Source of the DNA: Kofleriaceae bacterium
GTDB lineage: Bacteria > Myxococcota_A > Polyangia > Haliangiales > Haliangiaceae
Assembly (NCBI GenBank): GCA_046597055.1
Contig: JBKJLC010000004.1
Location: 1-55,717 of the forward strand
Direction: 5' to 3'
DNA length: 55,717 bases
Shown: positions 30,166 through 40,778 of the stretch, piece after piece
How positions within the stretch are numbered: position 1 is the stretch's first letter
Layout of the letters: each line of letters begins with the position of its first letter
Position numbers and translations under genes: made by a program
The notes under the pieces: model-generated
What the model was told of the DNA's origin: nothing
The model's database searches: none
Seen by the model: only the letters and a program-made list of their open reading frames with translations

Positions 30166-30653
30166 TGCCCCGGGTGTCCGGGGTCCGGACAGCCCTACTG
30201 GCCATGCTCGCGATCGGCGCCGGCTGCGGTGACCCCGGCGCCAGCTGCGGGCCCGAGGCCGGCGTGGTCGCGCGCGTGATCGATGGCGACACCATCGTGC
30301 TCGAGTCGGGCGAGACCATCCGCTACCTCATGGTCGACACGCCGGAGACCACCAGCGAGGTCGAGTGTTTCGGCGCCGACGCGCGGTCGTTCAACACCGA
30401 CGCGGTCGGCGGCCAGGCCATCAGCCTGCGCTACGACGTCGAGTGCACCGACCGGTTCGATCGGCTGCTCGCGTACGTCTCGGTCGACGGCCAGGAGATC
30501 AACCGGCTGCTGGTCGAGCGCGGCTATGGCTGCGTGCTGCGCATCGCGCCCAACGGCGCCGCCCGCGCCGACGAGTTCGAGATGCTCGAGTTCCGCGCCC
30601 GCGCCGAGGGCCGTGGGCTGTGGTCGGCGTGCCCGGAGCCGCGGCCGTGCTGA
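30165..30653 (+). CDS. Second thermonuclease (SNase-family) lipoprotein (start uncertain)
   Basis: GAGC lipobox. VIDGDT, IRYLMVDTPET, DRFDRLLAYV, ARAEGRGLW. Confidence 0.9.
   Translation: MPRVSGVRTALLAMLAIGAGCGDPGASCGPEAGVVARVIDGDTIVLESGETIRYLMVDTPETTSEVECFGADARSFNTDAVGGQAISLRYDVECTDRFDRLLAYVSVDGQEINRLLVERGYGCVLRIAPNGAARADEFEMLEFRARAEGRGLWSACPEPRPC
30175..30191. promoter_or_regulatory. Perfect TGTCCGG-N3-CCGGACA palindrome
   Basis: TGTCCGGggtCCGGACA, same arms as the sites at 39242, 44091 and 45058. Confidence 0.5.
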
Positions 30654-32860
30654 CGCCCCGCCGCACCGCGCTGGCGGCCAGCCTGGTGCTGGCGACCGCC
30701 GCGCCCGCCCTGGCCGCGCCCTACGAGGCGTTCATCGACGTCGAGACCGAGGACGATCTCGAGGACCTGCGCGCGACCGGGCAGATCGAGACCGAGACCT
30801 ACGACGCGCTGTACGCGCTGCTCGACCGCGGCGTCGAGCTCGGCACCGCCAGCCGCGCCGAGCTCTACTCCCTGCCCAACCTGACCTACGCCGACGTCGA
30901 CGCCATCCTCGCCTACCGCAAGCTCCAGGGCTTCATCACCGACCCGGCCGAGCTGGTCGCGGTCGGCGCGCTGACCGAGGCCAAGCTGCTGGCGATCGCG
31001 GCGTTCCTGATCGTGCGGCCGCGCGGCGACGGGCGCTACCAGCCGCACGGCGCGATCCGCGCATCCACCCAGGCGACGACCTCGGACGACACCGTACCGC
31101 CGGTCGGGCTGCGCGCGCGGGTCCGGGCGGGACGCACGCTGACCGCCGGCCTGGCCGCCACCCTCGATCGCCGGCAGCTCGGGACCATCGTGTGGGATCC
31201 CAACCGCGGCGCGCTCATCGGCGATGGGCCCGGCATCACGCCGACCGTCCCCAAGCTGTACGCGCGCTACCACACCGACCAGCTCGACGTGATCGCCGGC
31301 ACCTATCGCATCGGCTTCGGGCAGCGCCTCACCTTCGACACCGCGCTCGACTACACGCCCAACGGCATCTACGCCGACGACCAGCTCAGCCGCAGCTACG
31401 ACCTGAGCCGCGACTGTATCGAGTCGATCGGCGAGCTGCCGGCGGGGCCGTGCACCGGCGACCGCCGCTATCAGTACATCACGCCCGACTACGCCTCCAG
31501 CGACGGCCTGCGCGGCGTCGCCGCCGGCCTCGCGCACGTCCCGCTCGGCGAGGGGCACCTGCAGGCCTACGGCTGGGCCAGCTACCAGACCCGCGGCATC
31601 TACCAGTACGAGATCGCCGCGCTCGGCACCTGCGTCGACCCGCGCAACGACGGCGCCGAGGCGTGCGGGGCGCCCGACGTGTTCGTCCGCCCCGACAGCG
31701 ACGCGCTGACGCCGACCTCCGAGTTCGCGTACCAGACGCTGCCCGACATGTTCGCCGAGTCGCTGGTCGGCGGCAACCTGACCTACTTCGCCGGACGCCG
31801 CGACTACCTCGGCGTCACCGGCTACGGCGCCACCATCGACTGGCTGCCGGCGACGCCGGCGGGCGTCGCGCTCGACTTCCAGGAGTGGTCCCGCTACCCG
31901 ACCGGCGGCCAGTTCGGCGCGGTCGGCGCCAACCTCGGGTTCGGTCGCGGCCTGGTCGACGTGTTCGCCGAGGTCACCCACAGCTTCGACAAGCTCGCGG
32001 CGAGCGGCGGCTCGGTCGATGGCGGCGGCGGGCCGGCCGCGATCGTGCGGGCGACCCACACCCGCAACAAGCGCGAGCTCGAGCTGGCGCTGCGCTACTA
32101 CGACCCCGACTTCGTGAACCCGTACGCGGGCGCGATCGCCGCGTCCGACGAGGTCGAGGGCCAGCGCGCCCGCGGCGAGCACGGCGCCCGGCTCCGCTAC
32201 ACCGCGGTCCACGGCCAGGTCAACCTGCGCACCGGGCTCGACCTGTGGCGCAGCCTGGCCGAGGTGCCGCTGGCGGTCGGCCGCGACTGGACCTACGTGC
32301 CGCGCGGCGACGGGTACCTGCGCACCGACGTCGCGCCCAGCAAGCAGCTGCGCTGGGGCCTGTGGCTGCGCTACCAGGACAAGGGCCTCAACCGCAGCGG
32401 CGACATGCCCTGCTACGAGGTCGCGTTCGACGACGGCGAGATCGGCGAGCCGGTGACCTGCTACGGCAACAAGCTCACCAGCACCGGTCGGCTGCGGCTG
32501 AACGCCCGCCGCGCCAGCCTGACCCTGCAGGCGCAACACGAGCTGCTCGACGACAGCCGCACCGAGCTGGCCGGCAAGAAGCGCCACGACGTGTCGGCGC
32601 TCGCGGTCGCGACCTGGAAGCCGACCGACCGCGCCCGCCTCACCGGCCGGGTCCGCTACCTCAGCGAGGACATCTCCGACAACACGTACCTCGAGCAGAC
32701 GCTGCGCACCTACCTCGAGGCGGTCGTGCGCCTGCGCGCGAAGGACCGGCTGCGCGTGCGCGTCGACGGCGTGATCTACCTCGACGACCGCCCCAGCACG
32801 CAGGCGCGGTCGCCGTCCCCCGAGCTGTCGCTCGGCGCCGACTACGAAGCGAAGTTCTGA
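30647..32860 (+). CDS. Secreted ComEA-type helix-hairpin-helix protein fused to a probable outer-membrane beta-barrel
   Basis: Signal peptide (ALA-A). VELGTASRAELYSLPNLTYADVDAILAYRKLQGFITDPAEL (HhH). Alternating aromatic beta-strands; ends LGADYEAKF (beta-signal). Confidence 0.8.
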   Translation: MLTPRRTALAASLVLATAAPALAAPYEAFIDVETEDDLEDLRATGQIETETYDALYALLDRGVELGTASRAELYSLPNLTYADVDAILAYRKLQGFITDPAELVAVGALTEAKLLAIAAFLIVRPRGDGRYQPHGAIRASTQATTSDDTVPPVGLRARVRAGRTLTAGLAATLDRRQLGTIVWDPNRGALIGDGPGITPTVPKLYARYHTDQLDVIAGTYRIGFGQRLTFDTALDYTPNGIYADDQLSRSYDLSRDCIESIGELPAGPCTGDRRYQYITPDYASSDGLRGVAAGLAHVPLGEGHLQAYGWASYQTRGIYQYEIAALGTCVDPRNDGAEACGAPDVFVRPDSDALTPTSEFAYQTLPDMFAESLVGGNLTYFAGRRDYLGVTGYGATIDWLPATPAGVALDFQEWSRYPTGGQFGAVGANLGFGRGLVDVFAEVTHSFDKLAASGGSVDGGGGPAAIVRATHTRNKRELELALRYYDPDFVNPYAGAIAASDEVEGQRARGEHGARLRYTAVHGQVNLRTGLDLWRSLAEVPLAVGRDWTYVPRGDGYLRTDVAPSKQLRWGLWLRYQDKGLNRSGDMPCYEVAFDDGEIGEPVTCYGNKLTSTGRLRLNARRASLTLQAQHELLDDSRTELAGKKRHDVSALAVATWKPTDRARLTGRVRYLSEDISDNTYLEQTLRTYLEAVVRLRAKDRLRVRVDGVIYLDDRPSTQARSPSPELSLGADYEAKF

Positions 32861-33344
32861 AGACCTGGCGCACCCGCAGCTCGGGGCGGACGCAAGGCTT
32901 CGAGGGCAGTCCCGGATCGCGCACGAACGCGGCGAGCTCGGTCAGGTGTGCGTGCGCGCGCCGCAGGGCCTGGCCTGACAGCGCTTCGACGACGCGGCCG
33001 GACCGGGCGCCCGGGTGAGCGACGCGGGCTGGACTCTCGGTGTTCGCTCGAGGCCAGGTGCTCGTCGGAGACCTCCGGGTCGAGGACACGCGGACGAACG
33101 TCGTCACGTTCACCGACGCGAGCGGCGAGGCGACCCAGCTGGGTGGCGGCGCCATGTTGTCGGTGCGCGCCACGTTCTGACCCGTCGGACGGCCATGGCT
33201 GGGTCACCAAGGTGCTGACCGGCACCGCGCTCCTCCCGCGGCGAGCTCGGCGCCCGCCGCAGTGTTCCTCCCGAATAGCTCGGCCGAAGCGCGCCGCCCG
33301 GCCGCTGGCGGTCATGCGGGTCGTGCGCCGTGCGTCCAGGCGGT

Positions 33345-33911
33345 TCACGGCGCGAGGTAGCCGGGCGGCACCGCGTCGACCAGCCAGACCCGGTTGGGCG
33401 TGACGTAGAAGACGTGGCCGTCGGCGTGCATCCGCGCGGCGTCGACCACCAGCACGATCGGCCGGCCGTGGCGGCCGCCGACCTGACGCGCGGTGGCGAT
33501 CGCGGCCGACAGGTGGACGTGGTGGCGATCGCGACGCTCGAGGCCGGCGGCGCGGATCGAGGCGAGGTTGCGCTCGGCGGTGCCGTGGTAGAGCACCGCC
33601 GGCGGCGGCGCCGGCGGGTAGCCGAGCTCGACCTCGACCGAGTGGCCCTGGCTGGCGCGGATGCGCAGGCCGTCATCGGAGATCGCGAACCGCTGCTTGG
33701 TGTTATCGGCGACGACCCGGTCGAGATCGGTGCGCGCGAGCGCGGGGCCGATCGCCGCCAGCCCGCGCAGCAGCACGTCGATCGCGACCCAGCCCTGGGC
33801 ATCGAGCGTCACCCCGGCCGACTCGGGCGCGTGGCGCAGCACGTAGCTGAGTCGCTTGCTGAGTGTCCGGTCGTCGGACAGCTCACGGGGGCGGGCTCGG
33901 TCGGCAGCCAT
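33345..33911 (-). CDS. kptA: RNA 2'-phosphotransferase (Tpt1/KptA)
   Basis: LSYVLRHAP, KQRF, IRASQGHS, LYHGT, RHHVHLS, VWLVDAVPP. Confidence 0.95.
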   Translation of the reverse strand: MAADRARPRELSDDRTLSKRLSYVLRHAPESAGVTLDAQGWVAIDVLLRGLAAIGPALARTDLDRVVADNTKQRFAISDDGLRIRASQGHSVEVELGYPPAPPPAVLYHGTAERNLASIRAAGLERRDRHHVHLSAAIATARQVGGRHGRPIVLVVDAARMHADGHVFYVTPNRVWLVDAVPPGYLAP

Positions 33912-34021
33912 CGGGCCCGCATCGTACGAGATCCCGGCGCCGATCCCCGCGGCGGCCGTCCGATCGAGGTGGCCGGGCTGCGTTGGCTGGACGCGCTCGA
34001 CACCTGCCATACTCGGCGACC

Positions 34022-34915
34022 ATGCAACACCTCTTGCTCGCCACCGACTTCTCGGCACCGTCGGACCTGGCGCTGACGCGCGCGCTCGCGGTGGCGCGCA
34101 GTCACGGGGCGAAGCTGACGATCGCGTTCATCGATCCCCCCAGCGACGTCGCCGCGCTCGGCCCCGACGCCGAGCTGGCCAGCCGCGAGCTGGCCAGCCT
34201 GCAGCGCGAGATGGAGGCCTACGAGGACGAGCAGCTCGCCGAGCGGGTCGCGCGCGCGGCGGCCGCCGGCGTCGCCGCCACCGCGGTGCATCGCCGCGGC
34301 AAGCCCGAGGAGGCGCTGGCCGCGCTGGCGACCGAGCTCGACATCGATCTGATCGTGTGCGGCACCCACGGCCGCACCGGGGTGCGCCGCTTCTTCCTCG
34401 GCAGCGTCGCCGAGCGCCTGGCCCGCCTGGCCGCGCGCCCGGTGCTGGTCGCGCGCGGCGCCGCCGGCGACGATGGCACGTATCACAAGGTGCTGGTGGC
34501 GACCGACTTCGCGCCGACCGGCGAGCGGGCGCTGGCGCTCGCGCTCGCGCTCGCCCCCACCGCCACGATCGAGGTCGTCAACGCGTGGCAGTACCCGGTC
34601 GGCTCGTGGGGCCTGTCGGCCCTCGGCGAACGCACCGGCGCGATGACCGCGCTGCGCGAGGCGCTGACCGGCCCGGCCGCCGAGCAGGGCGCACGGCTCG
34701 AGGAGCGCCTCCGCGCCGCCGGCCGCGACGCCCGCTTTCGCCTGGTGCATGGCAGCGCCGCCGACGTGGTGACCGAGCTCGCCGCCGCCGAGGGCTTCGA
34801 TCTGGTCGCGGTCGGGACCCACGGTCACCGCGGCCTGCGCCGCATCGTCATCGGCAGCACCGCCGAGGCGATCATCCGCCACGCGCCGTGCTCGGTGATG
34901 GTCGCCCACGGCTGA
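34022..34915 (+). CDS. Universal stress protein (tandem USP)
   Basis: LLATDFS, GTHGRTG...LGSVAE, second LVATDFA...GTHG...IGSTAE. Confidence 0.95.
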   Translation: MQHLLLATDFSAPSDLALTRALAVARSHGAKLTIAFIDPPSDVAALGPDAELASRELASLQREMEAYEDEQLAERVARAAAAGVAATAVHRRGKPEEALAALATELDIDLIVCGTHGRTGVRRFFLGSVAERLARLAARPVLVARGAAGDDGTYHKVLVATDFAPTGERALALALALAPTATIEVVNAWQYPVGSWGLSALGERTGAMTALREALTGPAAEQGARLEERLRAAGRDARFRLVHGSAADVVTELAAAEGFDLVAVGTHGHRGLRRIVIGSTAEAIIRHAPCSVMVAHG

Positions 34916-34924
34916 CCGCCGTGA

Positions 34925-35614
34925 TCAGCCCTGCGAGCCGTCCCACGAGTCAGAGTCGACCGCGCCCCGCAGGCGCTGGCCGAGCTGCTGCCAGCGCGAG
35001 GTCCACTCGAGCGCGCCGCGCGCGATCATCGCGAACATCCGGTACAGCCCGGTCTCGCGCGGCGGCTCGGCGATCGGGTGCTCCGGGCCGAGGGGCGGCA
35101 GCGCGAACTCCATGCTGATGACGCCGCTGTTGACATGCGCCGACGCGTCGGGCGCGCTCGCCATGATCAGATCGACCATGCCGCGGTTCGAGCCGAGCAT
35201 GTCGCAGCGAAACCGCACCACCCCACGCTCGCGCGCCGCCGCGACCAGCCGCTGGAACAGCAGCGAGCCCAGTCCGCGGCCCTGCACCTCGTCGGCGACC
35301 GCGATCGCCGCCTCGGCCATGCCCGGCTCGTCATCGAGCTGGATGAACCGCGCCACCCCCAGCCCCAGGCCGCCGTCGGCGGTGGCCGCCGCCAGCGCGA
35401 AGTGCTGGTGGCCATCGACGTCGCACAGGTAGCGCAGCTCGTCGGGCGTGAGGTCGTTCTTGGCGGCGAAGAAGCGCCGGTAGCGGCTCTCGGGCGACAG
35501 CCGCAAGAAGCCCTGGTGCAGCGCTTCCTGGTCGCTGGCGATCAGCGGCCGCAGCAGCACGGACGTGCCGTCGCGCAGTGTCGCCTGCTCCAGGTAGTCC
35601 GGGCCGAAGAACAT
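34925..35614 (-). CDS. GNAT-family N-acetyltransferase
   Basis: LRDGTSVLLRP, LSPESRYRRFF, AEAAIAVADEVQGRGLG. Confidence 0.9.
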   Translation of the reverse strand: MFFGPDYLEQATLRDGTSVLLRPLIASDQEALHQGFLRLSPESRYRRFFAAKNDLTPDELRYLCDVDGHQHFALAAATADGGLGLGVARFIQLDDEPGMAEAAIAVADEVQGRGLGSLLFQRLVAAARERGVVRFRCDMLGSNRGMVDLIMASAPDASAHVNSGVISMEFALPPLGPEHPIAEPPRETGLYRMFAMIARGALEWTSRWQQLGQRLRGAVDSDSWDGSQG

Positions 35615-35855
35615 CTCGCGAGGATAGCGCAGGACCCGTCCGAGGCTCGTCCTCAGTCGCCGCGGGCGCCGAACGCGAGCGAGACGCCGAGCCCGATGGA
35701 CGCGTAGGCCGTCGCCGGGGTCGGCACGCCACGCTCGGCGCGCGGCATCGCGCCGGCGGCACCAAGTAGCGCGGGCCGGCCGCCGTGAAACCAGGTCACC
35801 CGCTGGCGAAACAGCTCGGTGCTGAGCCCTGCGTGCGCCGCGCCGCGCGGAGCCG

Positions 35856-36103
35856 GTGGCCCCGGTGGCCGAGGTGACCGCGACGGGAGGTGGCGCTGAG
35901 GAGGAGGAGGTCGTCGCCGACGAGGGACGGCAGCAGACCCGCGCGCAGCTCGAGCAACTGACGGGTCAGGCGCGGACTGCGGCGGGGAACGGCGACTGCG
36001 GTGCGGTGAGGGTCATCGCGGCGCGGGTGAAGAAGCTGGCGGCCGAGTATCACCGCGACACGTTCCTCGACCGACCCCGCGATCGCGCGCTGCCGGCGCT
36101 GAG
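35856..36103 (+). pseudogene. Frameshifted or partial hypothetical protein
   Basis: QARTAAGNGDCGAVRVIAARVKKLAAEYHRDTFL continues after removing one base as TDPAIARCRR*. No clear 5' end. Confidence 0.4.
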
Positions 36104-36289
36104 CCGGGATTGGCCCCAGGGTCGTGCACGCCGAGGCGGCCACCAGCAGGCAGAGCCGCGGCCACAGCCGGACCGAGACGGTCGAAGCGGTCAGCGGGGT
36201 ACGGAGGTCCATGCCTCCATGAGCCGTGAACCCGGGCGCGTGGGAACTGCGCACCCGTTCAGGCGCGCGTCCGTCACGTGCCGCGAGGG

Positions 36290-36697
36290 TCAGGGCGCGT
36301 CGAGTGACAGCGCCGTAAGCTTGTTCTCTTCCTTGGCGGCGTCGTCGGCACCGGGCATCGGCTTCTTCTGCTCGGTGATGTTGGGCCAGGTGGTCGCGCC
36401 GTCGAGCGCCGCCGCCAGCTCGCCCGGGAGCTTCGACTTGTCGACATCGCCGGGCGCCGGCTTGGCGCCGGACAGGATCGCGTTGAGCTCCTTGTAGATG
36501 GACCACTTCGCCGGGAGCTCGCTCTCCTCGAAGATGGCCGTCGTGGGGCACTCCGGCTCGCAGGCGCCGCAGTCGATACACTCGTCGGGATTGATCGCGA
36601 GCGAGTTCTTGCCTTCGTAGAAGCAGTCGACGGGGCAGACCGCGACGCAGTCGGTGTACTTGCACTTCACGCAGGGGTCGGCGACGACGTAGGCCAT
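36290..36697 (-). CDS. fdxA: 7Fe (3Fe-4S/4Fe-4S) ferredoxin
   Basis: [21 protein letters not shown]...[17 protein letters not shown]...WPNIT. GGAG RBS. Confidence 0.95.
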   Translation of the reverse strand: MAYVVADPCVKCKYTDCVAVCPVDCFYEGKNSLAINPDECIDCGACEPECPTTAIFEESELPAKWSIYKELNAILSGAKPAPGDVDKSKLPGELAAALDGATTWPNITEQKKPMPGADDAAKEENKLTALSLDAP

Positions 36698-36734
36698 TGG
36701 CGGGGTCTCCTCGGGAGGCGCGGCGCGCGCGCCC

Positions 36735-36750
36735 TCCGTTCATAAACGGA
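36735..36750. promoter_or_regulatory. Inverted repeat upstream of fdxA (possible operator)
   Basis: TCCGTTcataAACGGA, a perfect 6-4-6 palindrome, relatively AT-rich, in the divergent intergenic region. Confidence 0.4.
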
Positions 36751-36919
36751 ACGCTCCCCGGATTCCAGACGGTCGGCGGTCAAACACACGCGCGGGCGGA
36801 CGCGGGAAGCGCCCGCAGAACCCGGTTCGGCCGAGGTGCCGACCGGGTCGCCGCGTCCACCGGTGTGAGCCCGCGCTCACGCCTGGACGGAGCCCCGCCC
36901 GCGCGGCATGCTCGGCGCG

Positions 36920-37258
36920 ATGTCTCGCCGGGTCCGCGCCACTGTCCTGCTCCTGGTCCTCGTCGGCGCGTGCGGCAACGACGGCGCCCCGGCGGGCGGT
37001 CCCGCCGGCCTGCGCGGCGACCTCGACAAGATCTGCAACGCCGTCGTGATGTCGGGCGCCGCGGAGATGGAGCCTTCCGACCGCATGTACACGATGGCGC
37101 AGTGGCTCAGCGCCAACGTCACCTCCCCGGCCGGCGTGAAGTTCCTCCAGGACTTCGCGCGCCTCGGCGACGACCGCGTCGCGCGGCTGGCCCTGCTCCA
37201 GAACACCGCGACCCAGGTCGGCCTGAAGACCTGCCCGCTCACCGACGACTGGCGCTGA
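36920..37258 (+). CDS. Small hypothetical lipoprotein
   Basis: MSRRVRATVLLLVLVGAC lipobox; two further Cys. Confidence 0.75.
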   Translation: MSRRVRATVLLLVLVGACGNDGAPAGGPAGLRGDLDKICNAVVMSGAAEMEPSDRMYTMAQWLSANVTSPAGVKFLQDFARLGDDRVARLALLQNTATQVGLKTCPLTDDWR

Positions 37259-37321
37259 CGCTGAGCCAGCAGACCGTACGCCATCGCTCCCCTGGCCCAG
37301 GCAGACCTCGCGCCTGACTCT

Positions 37322-38353
37322 CTAGCGCGAGTCGCGCCGCGACGGCGTCAGCAGGTGGATCTCGGCGGTGTTGTTCGCCGACCAGCCCTCCAGGACGTGC
37401 AGCATGATGTACGCCTCGGCGGTCCAGCGCGGACCCGGCGCGTGGCTCATGTGGCGGAACTCCGCGGCCAGGCGGCGCCGCCGGTACGACCGGTACAGCG
37501 CCTCGGGATCGTCGATTGTCGCGGTCTCGGCCAGCGGCCGGCCCAGGATCCGCGCGGCGTCAGCGACGTCGACCACGTTGCCGCCGCTCTTCTTCATCGC
37601 CGCGCGCAGCCGGATCAGGTCCTCGTGCGGGAGGTTGAACAGGAATTCCTCGAATGCCTGCACCTCGGCCTCACCGACGTCGTCGCGCACGAAGAAGTCG
37701 AGGAACTCCGAGGGGCAGTCGCAGGCGACCAGCCGCATGTACTCGCCGCAGCCGAGCAGCGCGCCGAACCGGACCTCGACCCGGCTCCGCGCCCGCCACG
37801 CCGCCTCGAGCAGCGGGCAGAAGTCGTCGATCTCGAGCTGCGCGGCGCGGTCCCAGATCAACATCAGCTGACGCGCGGCCCGGCGCTTGTTGCGCTCGGG
37901 CACCTCGACCTCGCTGAGCAGGCTCACGAGGATCTCGGTCGCGATCAGCGTGTACACCGACTGCGCGAGCTCGACGTTGACCTCGCGCCACAGCCCGGGG
38001 TCGCCGCCGACCGCCGGGTGGAGCGCGGTCTGGAACCCACGCATCAGGGCGACCTTGGCCAGCAGGAACGCCCGCGCGACGTGCGCCTTTTCCGGGAGCG
38101 GCAGCTCGCCGCTCATCGGGTCGAGGTGCGAGAGGTCGGACACCATCGACTGCGCGTCGCGCTCGGTGGCGCCGAGCGAGGTCGGCAGTAGCAGCGACGG
38201 CGTCTGTTCGAGCACGCCGCCGAGCATCGCGACCCGCTTGACCTGGTTCCACAGGACCGCCGAGTCACGCGGCCGGGTCGTGCGCAGCCAGGCGAGCGCG
38301 CGCTCCACCAAGCTCCGCTCGGTCCGGTCGAGGACAGGGTCCACATCGGGCAT
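37322..38353 (-). CDS. Hypothetical alpha-helical protein (start uncertain)
   Basis: Long ORF with normal composition and high GC3; no recognised motif. Confidence 0.8.
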   Translation of the reverse strand: MPDVDPVLDRTERSLVERALAWLRTTRPRDSAVLWNQVKRVAMLGGVLEQTPSLLLPTSLGATERDAQSMVSDLSHLDPMSGELPLPEKAHVARAFLLAKVALMRGFQTALHPAVGGDPGLWREVNVELAQSVYTLIATEILVSLLSEVEVPERNKRRAARQLMLIWDRAAQLEIDDFCPLLEAAWRARSRVEVRFGALLGCGEYMRLVACDCPSEFLDFFVRDDVGEAEVQAFEEFLFNLPHEDLIRLRAAMKKSGGNVVDVADAARILGRPLAETATIDDPEALYRSYRRRRLAAEFRHMSHAPGPRWTAEAYIMLHVLEGWSANNTAEIHLLTPSRRDSR

Positions 38354-38434
38354 CGAGAGTCGGACGCCACGCATTCCCTCAGCGTACCAAGACTTCGCCC
38401 GCATGCGGACTCGATCTGAGCGCCAATCAAGCGG

Positions 38435-39160
38435 TCATGGGGGTCCACCCCCGACGTCGCCCCCGGCGGCCTCGACGGGTAGCGGCTGGAGCCCCCACAC
38501 CCGCTCCAGGAGGCCGTGCAGCGCATAGATGAGCGGGGTCACCAGGACCGCCACCGTTACCTTGACGACGTACGACGTCACGATGATCGACAGCAGGGTG
38601 GCGTCGTCGAGCCGATGACCGAAGGCGATCGTGATGATCACCACGGTGTCGATCAGCTGCGACACCGCGGTCGACCCGGTCGCGCGCAGCCACAGCAACC
38701 GGTTGCCGGTGAGCCGCTTGAGGACAAAGAACACCCCGATGTCGACGTAGTTGGCGACCACGAACGCGACCATCGACGCGAACTGGATCCACGACGCGTT
38801 GAGGAAGACGTTCTCGAACGCGAACGGGGTCATGTTGTCCTTGCCCCAGTCCGGATCGCTGTACGCCGGCGGGAACCACGCGGCCTGGTTCGCGACCTGG
38901 ATGATGCCGATCGTGAGCGCGATCATCGCGGCGCCGAGCAGCGTGACCCGGCGCGCGGTCTTGCGGCCGTAGAACTCGTTGAGGATGTCGGTGAGGATGA
39001 ACGTCAGCGGGAACGGGATCTCGCCGACCGAGATCACCCAGTCGCGACCGAACAGGTGCAGGTAGGTGAGCTTGCCGCCGATCAGGTTGCCGACCAGCAG
39101 GCAGGTGAGGAAGACGCCGACCAGGGTGATGAACAGCGTGAGGCGGGCGTCGAGCTTCAT
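38435..39160 (-). CDS. yhhQ: Queuosine precursor transporter (VUT/YhhQ family)
   Basis: [32 protein letters not shown]; multi-TM. Confidence 0.9.
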   Translation of the reverse strand: MKLDARLTLFITLVGVFLTCLLVGNLIGGKLTYLHLFGRDWVISVGEIPFPLTFILTDILNEFYGRKTARRVTLLGAAMIALTIGIIQVANQAAWFPPAYSDPDWGKDNMTPFAFENVFLNASWIQFASMVAFVVANYVDIGVFFVLKRLTGNRLLWLRATGSTAVSQLIDTVVIITIAFGHRLDDATLLSIIVTSYVVKVTVAVLVTPLIYALHGLLERVWGLQPLPVEAAGGDVGGGPP

Positions 39161-39200
39161 CGGCGCGGGACTGTGCCACCGCGGCCGCCGCCGCGGAAGC

Positions 39201-39302
39201 TGGCCGGGTCCCGGACGGCGCTGGCCGCCGGCCGGACAAGCTGTCCGGTAGCCGGACAACCCGCACGCGCCGACGCGGGGTTGGCGGTGGCATGCGTCGT
39301 GC
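39201..39302 (+). promoter_or_regulatory. recA promoter: three palindromic sites plus sigma54 -24/-12 box
   Basis: TGGCCGGgtcCCGGACG (39201), TGGCCGCcggCCGGACA (39222), TGTCCGGtagCCGGACA (39242), then TGGCATGCGTCGTGC (39288-39302). Confidence 0.75.
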
Positions 39303-39327
39303 GAAGGGGCCCGGCAGGAGGCACGAC

Positions 39328-40355
<1,028 letters not shown>

Positions 40356-40359
<4 letters not shown>

Positions 40360-40778
40360 TCGCGCGTCGGCCCGACCAGGACGTCGACCACCGCACCACC
40401 GGCGAGATCCCGGCGTTCGTGCACGTGCCGCCGCCGGCGGCGCTGGTCGAGGGCCCGCCCGACCTCGACGACGCGCTCGAGCGCGTGCTGGCGGAGGGCC
40501 TGGCCGTTCAGCTGGTCGCCAACGGCGTCGCCGAGCAGGTGTTCGCCCGGCTCGATGACGAGGACCTCTGGATGTACGAGCGCGAGATCGCCGATCAGAT
40601 CGCGCGCGCCGCCCACACTGACGACGACCTCGACGCGACCGCGGCGGCCGTGCTGGCCGCCGGCCTCATCGATCGCGGGCTCCAGCAGGTCACGGCGCGC
40701 TGGCAGCAGCACCGCGAGCTGCGGCGCAAGTACGAGCGCCGGTGGAACCCGGCGACGCCCGCTCCGGAGGTGGCGTGA
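40356..40778 (+). CDS. Hypothetical protein translationally coupled to recA
   Basis: GTGA overlap with the recA stop; 140 aa with normal codon usage. Confidence 0.75.

Noticed and set aside
33345..33911. kptA as part of the nuclease operon or an RNA-repair/defence island
   Set aside because: It is on the opposite strand about 480 nt away, with no rtcB, ligase or toxin partners in the window.
39160..39327. LexA box for recA or preQ1 riboswitch for yhhQ
   Set aside because: I could not recognise a Myxococcus-type LexA box or the A-rich preQ1 aptamer pattern by eye.
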